The notes below the pieces were generated by a model. The model did no database searches, was not told the DNA's origin, and was given only the letters and a program-made list of their open reading frames with translations. A stretch of 64,000 nucleotides of DNA from Monocercomonoides exilis PA203 (Eukaryota > Protista > Preaxostyla): contig LSRY02000006.1 in the NCBI GenBank assembly GCA_001643675.2, forward strand, positions 1,426,001 to 1,490,000, given 5' to 3'. The translations under genes were made by a program, and so were the position numbers. Of this stretch, positions 1-13,400 are shown one piece after another; position 1 is the first letter of the stretch; each line of letters begins with the position of its first letter.

Positions 1-499
1 TTCTTTTCTTCAATCATTTTGTCTATTTTGTCGAATAGTTCTTCTGTAAAAATTGATTGAAATCCTTCTTTGTCCATTTCGTCCAAAAAGTAGTTTATTT
101 CTTCAACTTTCTGTTTCTGCTCGTACTCATCGCAATCCTCAAGCTCAGATAACAATTCTTCAAAAAAGAAGAAATGTGAAAGTCAACAATTCAAATTCAC
201 AATATCCGCAAACGTTTGAATATTTTTGTGTTTTCTTTCTCCTACATTTTTGAAAACACAATGCATTCAGAAAGCAGAGTGATTTTTATCATTTACATTG
301 AATTTGCGCATATTTCATATGAAGAAATAGATGAAAAATTAAAATGAAAAATAGAAATAAAAATATGTGCATTCCCACCATCCTTTTGATGCGAGTAATT
401 TTGACAAGTAATTTTGAAGAAAAAGATAGCTTTATCTAATTTCGTTTGTTGTTATGGAGGCAGTGATCGTATTTTTTTTTTTTTTTTTTTGAATGAAAA

Positions 500-1286
500 T
501 ATCCATCAACGGAATGCGAGATCGTCAATTCGATATTCACTGTTGAATTAGAGGTATTCTATTCTGTGGTGGCACGAGGCAATAACAGTGAATCATTTGT
601 TTGTAATTCTGTGAGAAAATTTTGATATTTGTACGAACACGGAATTCCAACAGTTTTCGTTGTGAATGGGAATGAGGAGGTGTTTGTATTTTTTATTGTT
701 CTATCTGTCTGTTAAATATTTCGGTTATTGTCTTCCCAAGGTCCAAGAATCAGACAAATTACATATATATTGAAAATCTTTTGCCTTGAAGAACAGAAAA
801 ACAGAGAAGCAGGGATGATTATTAAGTTTCCTTACAATGATAGAAGAAAGCAGGGTCATTTATGATTTTTATGAGATTTCTTGGAACAAGAGAAGAAAAA
901 AAAATTCTGAAATAAATTAATACATAGAGTGAAGCGGAAAAAATGAAATGTTCACCAAGAGGAATATCGTTCCATATGGAGTGGCATGTTTGGAAAAAAG
1001 GAGGTGGAACAGTTTGTGATGTTTTTGGGCAAAAGAAAAAGAGGTTGTCTTTGAGGAAAGCTGGGTTTCTTGTTGTCAAAACTGTTGCTTGTTTCTTGCC
1101 ATTCATCTGCAAGTCCGGGAAATCATCATCATTTTTCTTCTTCAAATTCAAGAGATGCATCCAATTTCAAATTCCTTCAAAATGTGAGTCTGCATACGTG
1201 AAAGGCGCTATGTCCGATTTTTCTTCGCTCTTCTCCTTCTCCTTCTCCTTCGTTCTCAGCACCGTTTTCATCGTTGCAAAAGAAAT

Positions 1287-1330
<44 letters not shown>

Positions 1331-2270
1331 AATAAGAATTTCTTCTTCTTCTGAATTTTGATGGAGCATTCGCATGCTTTTGAAACGTTTCAAATGGGAG
1401 TATTGAAGTACTATGGAAAATTGAAAAGGAAGATTATTCCATTTGCTATTTATACCAGTTCCATCAATACAATGGATTTATTTCCTTCTAAATTTCGTTC
1501 GTACTCATCAATCAAAAAAAAAGTTTTGGTGTGGCTGAATGTTTTGCCTTTCTATTGGACTTTGAAGAAAAAAGTTGTTTTGGAAGAATGAATTTTGAAG
1601 GAAGGAATTGCTTGCCACGTAAAATGAAGCACAAGCAATGAATACTGGAGAAAAAAAGAGGAGATGGAAGGAAATTGGTATCTTGTACGTGTGCAAAAAG
1701 AGAAGGATGAGCAGATCAACGACGAACAGTTCCTTGATGAATGAATCAACTTGAATTCGCGTTGAAGCCAAACAAAGCGGGAAAAGACATATCGATAAAG
1801 AAATGAACAGAAGGAATATGAAGAAGAAAGAAAAGAAGAAAAAAAGAAAAGGAACACTTCAAATCATTTCAAAAAAAAGATAGAAGCAAATATTGTTGGA
1901 GAAAATATTTTTGCGTTTAATATATCTGCTCTGCCTTTGATAACGTTTGAAAGAATGAAAATAACTTGTTCCTCGTTTTCGTTTTCTTCTTTATCTTCTT
2001 CTTCTTCTCTTCTCCTTCTCCTGATCCATATCGTTCACCATCCGTTTCATCTGCTCCTTCTTCCGATATTAAGAATTCTTCTTCTTCCATTTTGTCTCCA
2101 TCGAGCTATTTTTTTCCAACTTCTTCTTCAACTTCCATCATTTGGAACTGATCTGAGAATCAAAATTTTGATGTATTTTAGTTGTTCGATCAGCAGAGAT
2201 TCCAGATAACCCAAAATTTGTTCCATTCTCTTTTCTTCTTCTCATCAGATCAATTGTTGAATGCGTCTAT
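500..2270 (-). pseudogene. Possible decayed gene remnant (unidentified)
   Basis: Minus-strand frames give short protein-like pieces (e.g. MMEVEEEVGKK*LDGDKMEEEEFLISEEGADETDGERYGSGEGEEKKKKIKKK, and ORFs 822-1160 and 1508-1771) broken by stops and an A41 run. No recognisable family. Confidence 0.25.
1288..1328. repeat. Poly(A)41 homopolymer
   Basis: Read directly from sequence. Confidence 0.95.
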
Positions 2271-3009
2271 GCATTTTTCGTTTATTTCATTTCATTTTGT
2301 TTTGTTTTAATAAAAAATATTTAATTTTAATTTCATTTTTTTAAACAAAAATTTCGAAAACGAATTTAATAAAAAAGAGCTTTCTGAAGGGTTGATGCTT
2401 CAAATGTTTTGGAAAACATTTATGAAAAAAATAAAAAATCTTTTCCAGCCTTTATCAAATAATCATAGCTTCCAAATATCTCAATATTACCAAATATAAA
2501 AAAATAAACATAATAAAATGATACATACACATAATATTACTATTTACAATTTTAACAATATTTTCAAAAATCTTGCGTTGATCTACAATTGTTACAAATA
2601 AACAATCAACTTCAGACTAAATATCAATCAATAAACAATGATGTAAAATTCAAAAATTTAGGGAACAAAATTGAAAACGATTTTAATTCAATTGAAAAAT
2701 AAAATAAAAAAAAAAAACATAAACAAATTAAAGACGTTCAAAAATGTTGCATATACAAATATATATAGAAATAATCGAATTATTAAGCAGTAAATCTACT
2801 CAAACATTCATAAATAATGAATTATTTAAAACCATTGAGCTTTTTCAAGAAACGCACAATTAAAGTCAATCTAAACTTCCACTACGTAACATTCGGACAA
2901 ATCACTAAACATATCAAATGAACAAGAAAATTATCAAAAATTTTAAATTCTTTTTTTGTAAGAATTAAATATTTACATACATAAAATGCATATAAATAAC
3001 AAATGAAAA

Positions 3010-4410
3010 GCATTTTCTTCTTTTGTGTGACTTTCAAAAACGCAAACACGATCCAAAAGAAGCACATAAAAAAACTTTCAGAACAAAGCAATCAAGCTGA
3101 TTTAAAAAAAGAAATAACGAAAAACCCCTGCCTCTTCTCTCCTCCTCCTCCTCCTCCTCCTCCTCCTCCTCTTGCTATATTCACCACCCACAAATCTCTC
3201 CCATTTGCACTCTCAGAAGGATTATCCCTCCAATTGACAAATCAAAAACCCACATTGCAAACAAGGCACACAGTCACAATAAACAGCGCTTCTAACAGCT
3301 TTCCTTGCACCCACACTGCAGACCTTCATTCATGCATTTCTCCCTGCCTCATCATCACAGCCTCATTTCCTCTCTTTCCTCCCTCGCCCTTTTCCTCTCT
3401 CGCTCTTTTCATCCTCCATTTCTCCAGCCATCGCAATATTCACGATTCGCTCTCCTCCCAATTCCCTCAACTCACCCAGCTCCACCCATCATCTCGGCTT
3501 CCCCTTTCTCCTGACTCTTCCTGCTCCTCATTCTCAACATCGATCGCATCCGACACAGTCATCACCACAGCCCCGCTCGGGAAACGCTGGATGAACTCTC
3601 GCTTCACAACAACAAGGCTCGGCCGGCTCTCCACTGCGCTGCTCCAGCACGCCACAACCACCCTCCCCAGCCCACACTCCTGCTCCTCCCCAGCCTCCGG
3701 CCGCTCCTGCCCCCGCATCTTCTCAAACGCCGCCTCTCCACAATACTCAAAAAACGGAATCTCCAGCCGCAGGCACTCCCACAGCATCACCCCGATCGTG
3801 AACACAACCGACGCCTTCGTTGCGCCCACATTCCTCCCTGCCCCCAGCTCTGGCGCCCTCCACCGCAGACACTCCTTCCCCATGTCCAGCTCCTCCTCAA
3901 AAGCCGATGACGGTGGCGGCAATTTGGTGAACCGCTCACTCTTCACAGAAGCGTCAGAGGAAGATGTGACAATCGTGGAGGTCGAAGAGATGGATGACGA
4001 ATCAGAAGACGAATCATCAGAAGACGAGCAGTCTGAGTGGAGCGCAATGCAGATCACCATGTGTTCTGAGAACAGCACAATGTGCGGGCTCAGGCTGCCC
4101 AGCGATTGCAGTGGATTCTCCATCTCGTCAAACGAGTGCAGCGCCACATTTGCCACCCAGAACAGGATCTGGGCTGCTGTTTGCTCCCTCTCTTCAAGAC
4201 TCCCAATCGCCATTTCTTTCTTCTCATTCCTTCCATGCAACAGCATAAACAGCGAGTCTCGCAGGTCCACAATCAGCTTCTCATGAGGAGACGAGCATGC
4301 CATTGCATCCACCAAGTTCGACATTGAAGAGGTTGTGGGGCACAGATCCTCTCCTCGAACAAATGTTGTGTCTGTATCTGAAGTATCTGTTGATGAAGTG
4401 GAAGAGATAG
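3010..4410. repeat. Direct repeat copy A (pseudokinase-coding tail plus about 460 bp of 3' flank), near-identical to about 48049-49458
   Basis: Both copies start gcattttcttcttttgtgtgactttc, both carry (CCT)10, and they differ only by scattered SNPs and one 9-nt indel (offset 45039 rising to 45048). Confidence 0.95.
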
Positions 4411-7400
4411 ATGGCGATGGTATTCTCTTTCTCACCTCTTCCTCTTCCTCCTTCTCCTTCTCATCAACCGCTTCAAGTGCCCATTCTGGAATCTTGTCTG
4501 AATCTCTCCCCAGAATGTATTCTGTTGATCCACTCTCGGATAGAAGATGCTCTGAAGACTCTGAGTGTCCCAAGCTTTTCTCATACACCCTCTTCTTTAT
4601 CTTTTCTTCATTCTTCTTTTCGTCATCTCTTTCAGCTCTCCTCCACTGAGCCTCAGGTGACATCTCCATCGTCACCATCTCAAACGCCTTCGGGTCCTTT
4701 CTCATTGTATCTGCCACAATCTCCTCTAGCTCTTTTGCCCGCTCCTTCGCCTTCTTCCACCGAACAACAAACACCACAAGCCCCATCAAAACAATCACAA
4801 ACAGCGCACCCACCACAATCACCACCCACGACACCCTCCCTCTGCTCCCGCCTTCTGCCTCGTTCCCTCTGCCCTCTCTTTCTGATTCTGTTCTGTTCTT
4901 CAGCACAGCCCTTCCTCTTCTGCACTTTCCCCCTTTGCACCCAAACTCAACACCAACTGCAACCTCTTCCTCTGCTTTCGCTCCTTTCACGACCTCTCCA
5001 CCAATCACCCCAATCGCTACCTCTTCCGACAGAAGCCCCTCTTCCTCAAATTCGTACGTCACCACTTTTTCCTCTTCTCCTACAACCACACTCACTCTGA
5101 ACCACATCTCACACGGAATCAGCAGCCACCCATGAAACACCAGCCTTATTCTCCTCCATTCTTCCTCTTCCTCCATCTCCACCCTCTCAACCCCCGGGAT
5201 GAAGAACTCTGATTCTCTCTCCTCCGCTATTCCCTTCATCACACATCCTTCACTCACCATCCACAGAGACGAGTCATCTTTTGCCCCATCCCCTCCCTTC
5301 AAGCTCACAATATCCACTACCCCCGAATCCTTGCACAGCACGTTCCTCCGAAACGATGGATACTTTTCAAACCCAGGATCGTTCCCCACAAACTCTCCCT
5401 TTTCAATCTCAACTTTCCCTCCAGATACCCCCACCCCTCCTTCACTCGAGTTCGCAACCGTTGTCTCTCTCATCGTTGCATTGCTGTTTTCTATGCTAAT
5501 CAATGATCCATTCCACACGCAAATTTCTTGAGCATCGTTTGCTGGCAAATTTTCATTTTTCAGCTTCCCTTCAAAATTGCATGAATCTATCGTAGCTTCA
5601 TGAATGAATCTTAAATCAAATATGCTCCCAAACTTTGAAATCGAGAAACATTCAGAAATGGAACAATTTATTGAATCAAACACATTATAATTTTTCCCAT
5701 CCAAAATCAAAATGCTTGCACCCGCTGTTGATTTGCTTATATTCTGAAATGAACACAAAGTGAGTTTTAGCGTTTTCTCGTATTTGGAATTCTCGAAGTT
5801 TAGACCTGATGGCCCAGCTAAACTGATTAATGATCCATGTTCAAGTGTGATGCATTCAATTGTAATTTCCTTTAGTACGATATTTGAAGAGATCGCATCA
5901 GATTGGATAAGCGAAAATGAAAGTGAGATATAACTTATTGAAACATCAACAATATAAATTGATGATTCACCATCAATGAAGAAAAAATCTGATCCAACTT
6001 GAACATTTTTTGCTGAAAAGTTTTCAATATTTAGTTCTCCTCCATGAACAGAAAATATATGAAATGGAACATTTCCTTTCTCTTTCTCTTCTTCACCTTC
6101 CACCTGGACTTTTGATATCAGAATCACCCCGGAATTTATATCCATAAATGTTTTATGCAAGGATTCAAAAAGGCGAGAAAATTTGAAAGTTAGATAGCTA
6201 AGCTCAACATTTGCGTTTGCATTTATTACACATTCACAAGCGCACTGCATCTGCAATCCAATTCGAACAATTGCTTGCTCTTTCAACTTTGAACGGATCG
6301 TTATTTCATCAAGTATTATCTCCCTTTCAATCTTGCTTTCTCCTTCAATCAGAATCTGACTTTCAAAAATCCTCGTCACATGATCAAGTCCATATGCAAT
6401 CGTTGAACAAGGAAGCATTCTTGTTCCACATTTCCTTGAATTATCATTTTCAATGTCAATAGCAGATGATACAAAAATTGTGTCTGATTGATATATCATG
6501 ATAAAATCAAGAAGATTCACAGGTATATCAGAATAATTCGAATGGTCAATGCCGTACATTGCATTTATCTGATTGTACACTTCGCTGCTGAACACCTGCC
6601 TGAACTGCGTCTCGTTAATTTGCGATGAGATGTTCTGGCATTCAATAAATAGATCTCTTCCTGAATATGCTGTATTCGATTCAAAGCCGATCGAAGCAAA
6701 CATCATCGGCAGATCACCTTCAAACGTTGTACCAATGAAAATCCCTCCACCTCTTCCTTTTGAAGTCGAACATCCACACTGGCGAATAGCTGTACTCCAC
6801 ACTTTAACACTTCCGCCTTTATCCAGATGCATCATCATCATTCCTCCTTTTTCGGATAGAGACGAGGAGCACATCTGAACGCTGCTTTTGTTTACAACAA
6901 CATCCAGCAAATGAGATGAATTGCAATTCAATACTCCTGGCCCATTCCCATTCTTCACAATTGCTTCAAATGATGAATTATCAATCTTAAACATTGAAAT
7001 GCTTTCAGGCTCCTCATCCTCCATCTTTGATTCTTTTGCTCTCTGAACATCCAATACTGATCCTTTCCACATATTTACAGACGATACAATTATATTTTTG
7101 ACTTCACATTTTCTTGCCCCGCAAACAACAAATATGCTTCTGTCTGCATTCACATTCACAACATCCACTTCTTCGACAATCAGTTCTCCTCCATCGCACA
7201 ACAAAAACGAAAATAATCCTGGTGTAATAGATGTATGAAGAGATCTCATTGAACACTTCCGTAACAAAATTTCTCCATTTTCATTCAAAATCAATGCTTC
7301 TCTATCGTTTTTGAATGTTTCACTTGCAACAAACTCAATTCCAACAACTCTCAGACTCTTTTTGTTCAAAATAGCAATGTCTCCTCCTTTGCTTTCTCCA

Positions 7401-10400
7401 AATGAAATCGTTCCCATTCTTTTTTCTTCACTCATCATGACTAACGATCCAATCTCAAATCCAGATAGATTACAAGTTTCATAAATTCCAATTTCATCCT
7501 TCACAACAACTTTTTTCACTTCTCCTTCATCGATATGATTTAGTCCCATCATTAACGATCCACATGGCTCGCTTTCACTTCCACACCGCAATGCATCATA
7601 TCCATCTCTCGATACATGCACCTCACTTCCTCTGTACTCCACAATAAACATTAGCAAATCCACATAATCAAATGAATTGTCACTTCCAGCGAACAGATTT
7701 CCATCTGTTTCACTCGAAAGTCCGTCTATTTTAAAGCTTTCTGTTGTGATGCTCTCATTCAAATTAACATCCCAAATAAAAATGTTTACACCTAACGATG
7801 CACAATTCTCTTCAAATTCAACTTTTTCAAATGCAAATTTGTTTGCACTCAATGCTTCCATGCTATTAACAAGAGCGCCGCCTCCTTTTCCACTATCTGT
7901 ATTGCACTTGCATCTCTTTATCATTGTCTCCTTTAAAAGCACACGCCCTTGCCCTTTGATTTCCGCATGTATCGCACCTCCATTTTCTGATCTCATCGAA
8001 TTAATATCTTTCATTTCGCACCCACATAATATCACATCCCCGTATGCAGCTCCTCTCAGCACGATACCTTCCTTCGCTAAGTCTGACTCCAATTTCGAAA
8101 AAATGCTTCTATTCAATAAAATACCAGACATTTCATTTTTTGATGCTTCCTTTGCAGTTGTTGAAGGAGACAAAGCAAACACAGAACAGTCTCCAAGTTC
8201 AACATCCTCAATCATAATTCTTTCAATTGACATCGTCGCAGCTGCCGACAATTCAAATAACGAAACCGACGAAGAATAATTCTGCACTTTGCACTCATTC
8301 ATTATCACACTTCCAGATCCTACAACAACAATACTAAACTCGATAGCTATATCACTGATAATTTTGAATATGCAATGGTCAAGAAGAATGCCCTCAGAAT
8401 ACGCATTTGAAAAAATGAGACACGTTACAGCTCCACAAGATGGTTGAAGGAGCAAAAAGTCTATCCAAAGAATATCTAAAGAATCACCATTCATCAACAC
8501 ACCTTTGACTTTGTCACGAATATTGTTTGTGGAAATTTCTAGAGTTGCATATAACGATTGCTCCATTGTGGAAGAAAAAATTGAAAATCTGGAAACGTCA
8601 TAACAATCGCTTACATATGTTGATCCATCAACAACCATTTCGTGTACATCCATGCTCTTTTCAGTGTTGCTGTATCCTCTCCAAAACGTCTGACAAGGAT
8701 ATCCAATCATTCCACACCCGTTCATATCATATCCTTTTTCAGAAACAAAAACACGCGAAGAGTGGTACTGCTCCAGGAAATGAACCAAATTAACTGGTTT
8801 TTCGATGAAATATTCAGCATCTTCTCCTTTCAAATCAATGCTCACTTCTTCGATGGATGACAGATTCACAAAACAAGTGGACCTGATAGTTTCATTCAGA
8901 GAAATGCTGAAAACAAATACGTCTCTTCCATAAGTTGCTGAGTTGTTTCCAAATGATACGTCTTTTAGCAAATAATTAGATTGGAAACTTTCACCAAACG
9001 AAAGATATATTCCTCCTCCTTTTTCATTCACTGCAACGGTTTTGCAATTCTTTAGGCTGCAGTTCTCAAATTTCATCATTTCACTTCCGCTCATCTCATT
9101 TTTTGTCCCTCCTCCATTTCCTTTCTCAGCTCTGCAACCATCAAAGCAGCTTCCGTTCTTCACAGAAAGATCCTGAACATTCCTTGTCTGAAATAAAGTC
9201 AACTCAGATGAGCAATTAACAACACAAACACCATTCACTTCAACAATCTTGCAATCTTCGCAAGTTATAAGTGTGCAACCAGCAGAATGAACATTCATTA
9301 TTTCTGTATTCTCAATTACAAATGTGCAATTATTTCCCGAGAAAACTCCCCCAATCCCCTTAAATGGGCCACATTCAATTGCAATACCACTCATCATAAT
9401 AAGTCCGCCACTTCCTCTAACAATCCATATATCTTCTATCATTTCGGTGCCCTCGCCAGTTCCAAACGAACAGTTCACAATAGAACATTCACCAGAGGAA
9501 ACTATCAAAACTTCTGTGAATGACGAAATGCAAGGAAGAATAATTCGCAGTCTATTCAGAGTTAATCCAGCATTTGCTCCTCCATTTTTCAGCTCTAAAT
9601 GCCCTCCTTCCTCTATAATTATTAAAGAATTTTCGTTTTTTTTCCCTCTGATTGTCAGAGACTTTTCATTTCGTTCCACAATTCCACCAATTGCTCCACT
9701 CTCAATAATTTGAATTATCGACTGATTATTGTTCATTCTTTCAATCCCAAATACCACATCAAGGCACGGTTTCACCTCAATCCCGCAGTCATTTGAGTTT
9801 TCTCCATCATTTCCTTTAACAAATACAATCGCATCATCTGCGGGAAACAGATAAGGCAGCATCGATATACTCCTCCCTGTTGAAGTTTCAAAAACCCACA
9901 ATTGCTTTTTTTCAAGATCATCCTCATCTGCAGATCCTGCCCACCACATTGCATTTACCGATACTCGTGCAGTTGGGCAAACAACAAACACATCTTTTCC
10001 CTCAAACGCTTCGTTTCCGCCAAACTCGATATTTTTCATTGAATAAGTCAACTCTGTTGAACTTAGCGTTAAATGAATTCCTCCTCCATGTCCGCTTTCT
10101 GTGTCCACTTTACTCTCCTTCACTTCGTTAGAATCACACTCAAAAACGCCTCCTTTCTTCACCTCAACAAATACACTTCCTCCTTTTCCACTTTCATCCA
10201 AACATGTAATGTTCCAAAAGAAGCACTCTTTCACAATTGCTTTCTTTTCAAAACCAACAATTCCAACAATAGCCCCTCCATCCCCATCATTCCTTACCAA
10301 CTCTTCAAATGTGTTGTTCTTCAGTTGTATTGTGGTAAGTTCAGCGAAAGCAATGGCTGGATGGCTGGAGAATGCTGACGAATTAAACGTCGAGTTTTCA

Positions 10401-13400
10401 CATCTGACAGAAGCAACTTCATTTACGCACACCAATCCAATGCCTCCTTCACTTTTCACGTTTTCGAACACAACAGAATCAATCACTCCATGAGCTTCCA
10501 TCCCTTCAATAATTATAGCTTCTGTTGATAAAAACTCAATATCCTTCATCAACACACTCTCAATCACCATTGCTCCTGAGCAACACTTCGCAAACTGATA
10601 TTCCAACGAACCAGATTCAGCTTCGATGCTGCACTTCGTTACATTTAAAGTTCCTCCTAAACAAATAAACAGGCTGTTGTGTACGCCAGATATTCTTGGT
10701 GGAGCACAAAATAGAATGTGAGAAAGCGAAGCCACTGACTCTTTCACAACGAATATACCTTCTTCACTCCCTCCGATGCTCTCATTAATTTTCACCAATT
10801 CCATTTCACTACTTGTATCAATATTCATTTCCTGTGTATCAATTATCACTTCGCATATGATCTTGAATCCAGAAAGTATTCGGATATTCGCATTATTCCC
10901 TTCAAAGCGAGTTCTGCCAGCATATCCAATTGTCAAACATGGATACCATTCAAATCCACACAACGCATAATCAACACCACCTATTCCAACATATCCAGGC
11001 TCGCTCCACTCATTCACAAATAATGAAAGTGGCACAATCACGTTATCTTTCCAATCCAGTCCCACAAATTCGTTGCTCAACGTATTTGTTCCAAAAGCTC
11101 CTATCTTTAACGAAGATTTTGAAAAGCTCTTACTCAGCTCATGTCCTTCACCAAACAAATTTATTCCAATCCTTGCCTCGTTGTTCTCAAACGAAAGGCT
11201 TTCGAGAACAAAGTTTTTTGAGCCCTTCCCACAACACTCGATCGAAACGCCTCCTCCATATCCTTCTCCATTTCTGTCTTTCATGCTTTTACATCTTCTA
11301 AATAATGTACTTACTCCTTCATTCCCAATTCGAATCATTCCATTTTCCTTAATCTTTACTTTCATACCTCCACCGCTTCCGGCTTCTGCAGTGCAATCTG
11401 AAACAACAACACCTCTCCACTCAAAACTCGTCCCTTCTCCCACAATTGCTGATGCAACAGTTCCATTTCCTTCCTTTCTTTTCCAACTGCTGAAGTTCGA
11501 GTTTGATACTGACATGCTCCTTCCTTCACTCATCCATACAGCCGTACAACTTGTTAACTCTGAATTCCCCGTTATCACACAGCCATGAATCGAAAGTGCT
11601 CCTTTTTCTGAAACTTCAATTAGTCCCGTTGAAATTGTTGAGCTGCAGCCTGAAATGTCACTTGAAGATAAAGTAATTAACCCTTCGCCTGATGCTTCAC
11701 AGAACTGACAATCCAAAAAACATATTCCATGCACAATTACTGAAGAAAGAATCGCTGATCCCTTAATAACTTCCAACATCTTATAGTCCACAGATGTACC
11801 ACTTTTCAACTCGATTTTTGTCGAGATAATTGATAAAACTCCTTCCACATTGCGAAACAACCCTTTCCGTCCATTCAATTGTGTTGGTACTTTTATTTTC
11901 ACATTTTCCACAACTGTAGACGCACCATTTTGCACCAACACTTCAAGTATCTTTTCTCCTTCCGCAGTAATGTTTATTTCATTTTCCAACGCTTTTCCTT
12001 TTATCTCCACTTTCCCCTCCATCACAATGTGTTCGTGGCTCATCTCCACGCTGCCTTCAATTTCACTGCAAATACCAAGGATGCCTTTCCTCTTTTCAAG
12101 AGCAAAATCCAATGTTAAGCATGGATACCCGTCATAACCACATTTATCAAAATCATTTCCGTTTTCGCCACCAACAGTAATTGACACAGGTTCTGAGCGA
12201 AGATATAGCACTAATGGAATTGCATACTGCTTCTCATTCTCAAATCCCATTAGTGTGGACATATCTGTTATGTTTGTGCTGAATCCAATGCTCCTGTTAT
12301 TGATAACTTCTGTAAAGCTTCTAGCTTCCACAAACATATCTCTTCCATATTTAGATGCATTGCACATCACGAACTTGACCATCGTAAGCAAGAAATCTCT
12401 ACCGCCTTTCACCTTCAAGATCATCCCTCCACCAAGTCCTCCACTCAAATCCTCGCCATTTGCATAACATTTCTCAAAAGTCACACTCATCTCGTTTCCT
12501 ATTCGGATAATTCCTTCATCTTCAATCACAACTCTTATGCCTCCGCCATTTCCCATTTTGCACTTCCCATTTAGCAGTCCTCCATCAATGCTCATTCTTT
12601 GACTCGTCCCAACCATTCCATTCACAAGGCTCCCATCACCATGTTCCAATACAACAGAAGAAAAGTTGCACATGGAAATATTAACATTTTTTGCTCTCTC
12701 ATTCTTTAAGAAAGAACATTCATTCATATGAATGTCTGAGACACTCAAATCGCTCATATCAATTTCGCTCATCAATCCGCAAACATATACAAAAGGCGTG
12801 GAAATCAATGAAAGCGATGATATAGATAGCTTCTTCATTGAAGCCTTTCCGGCTCTCATAACGAGAAAATGGTGTTCTATCGTATCAACGGTTTCATCCT
12901 CGCACACATCGCACTCATTCATAGAGATTCTCGCTCTCTCTTCAAGCAATGCTACAACACTCATTTCGGAATACAAAAGCGACGATTGAAGCATGAATCT
13001 CAGAAGCTCAATCGTTACATTGCTCTCAACAATAAGCACACCATTTGTAGATCCTGTGCTTCCAACCGCCATCACAGAGGATTTTTCATCAACACCTCCA
13101 AGAACATATCCTCGTTCATCTTCAAATATCATGTTTTCCATAATTCGATATTGCTGATGAAATATTATTTCTCGATTCGTTTCTTCCAATTGCAAAATCG
13201 AATATTTCAGTGTTTTGCACGGGTAATTGAAAAAACCGCATGCTGACACATCACGCCCCTCATTTCCAACTGCCACTTTTTCTTCTCGACTCAGAACATA
13301 GTATTCCAAAGGAATGAATACACCATCCCATTTTTCATCAATTCCAATAACATCTTCCAGAACTTCTGAAAAACGACACATAAACTCCATTGAGCTGTTT

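Noticed and set aside
2400-2900. Possible reverse-strand relative of the 20-bp array
   Set aside because: CAA/AAT-rich but no consistent period could be established by eye.
3003-4286. 427-aa plus-strand ORF and its 433-aa twin at 47985-49286
   Set aside because: Antisense shadow of the GC-rich receptor tail. The similarity of the twins is explained by the DNA duplication, their starts lie outside the shared block, and the poly-Pro comes from a (CCT)10 microsatellite.
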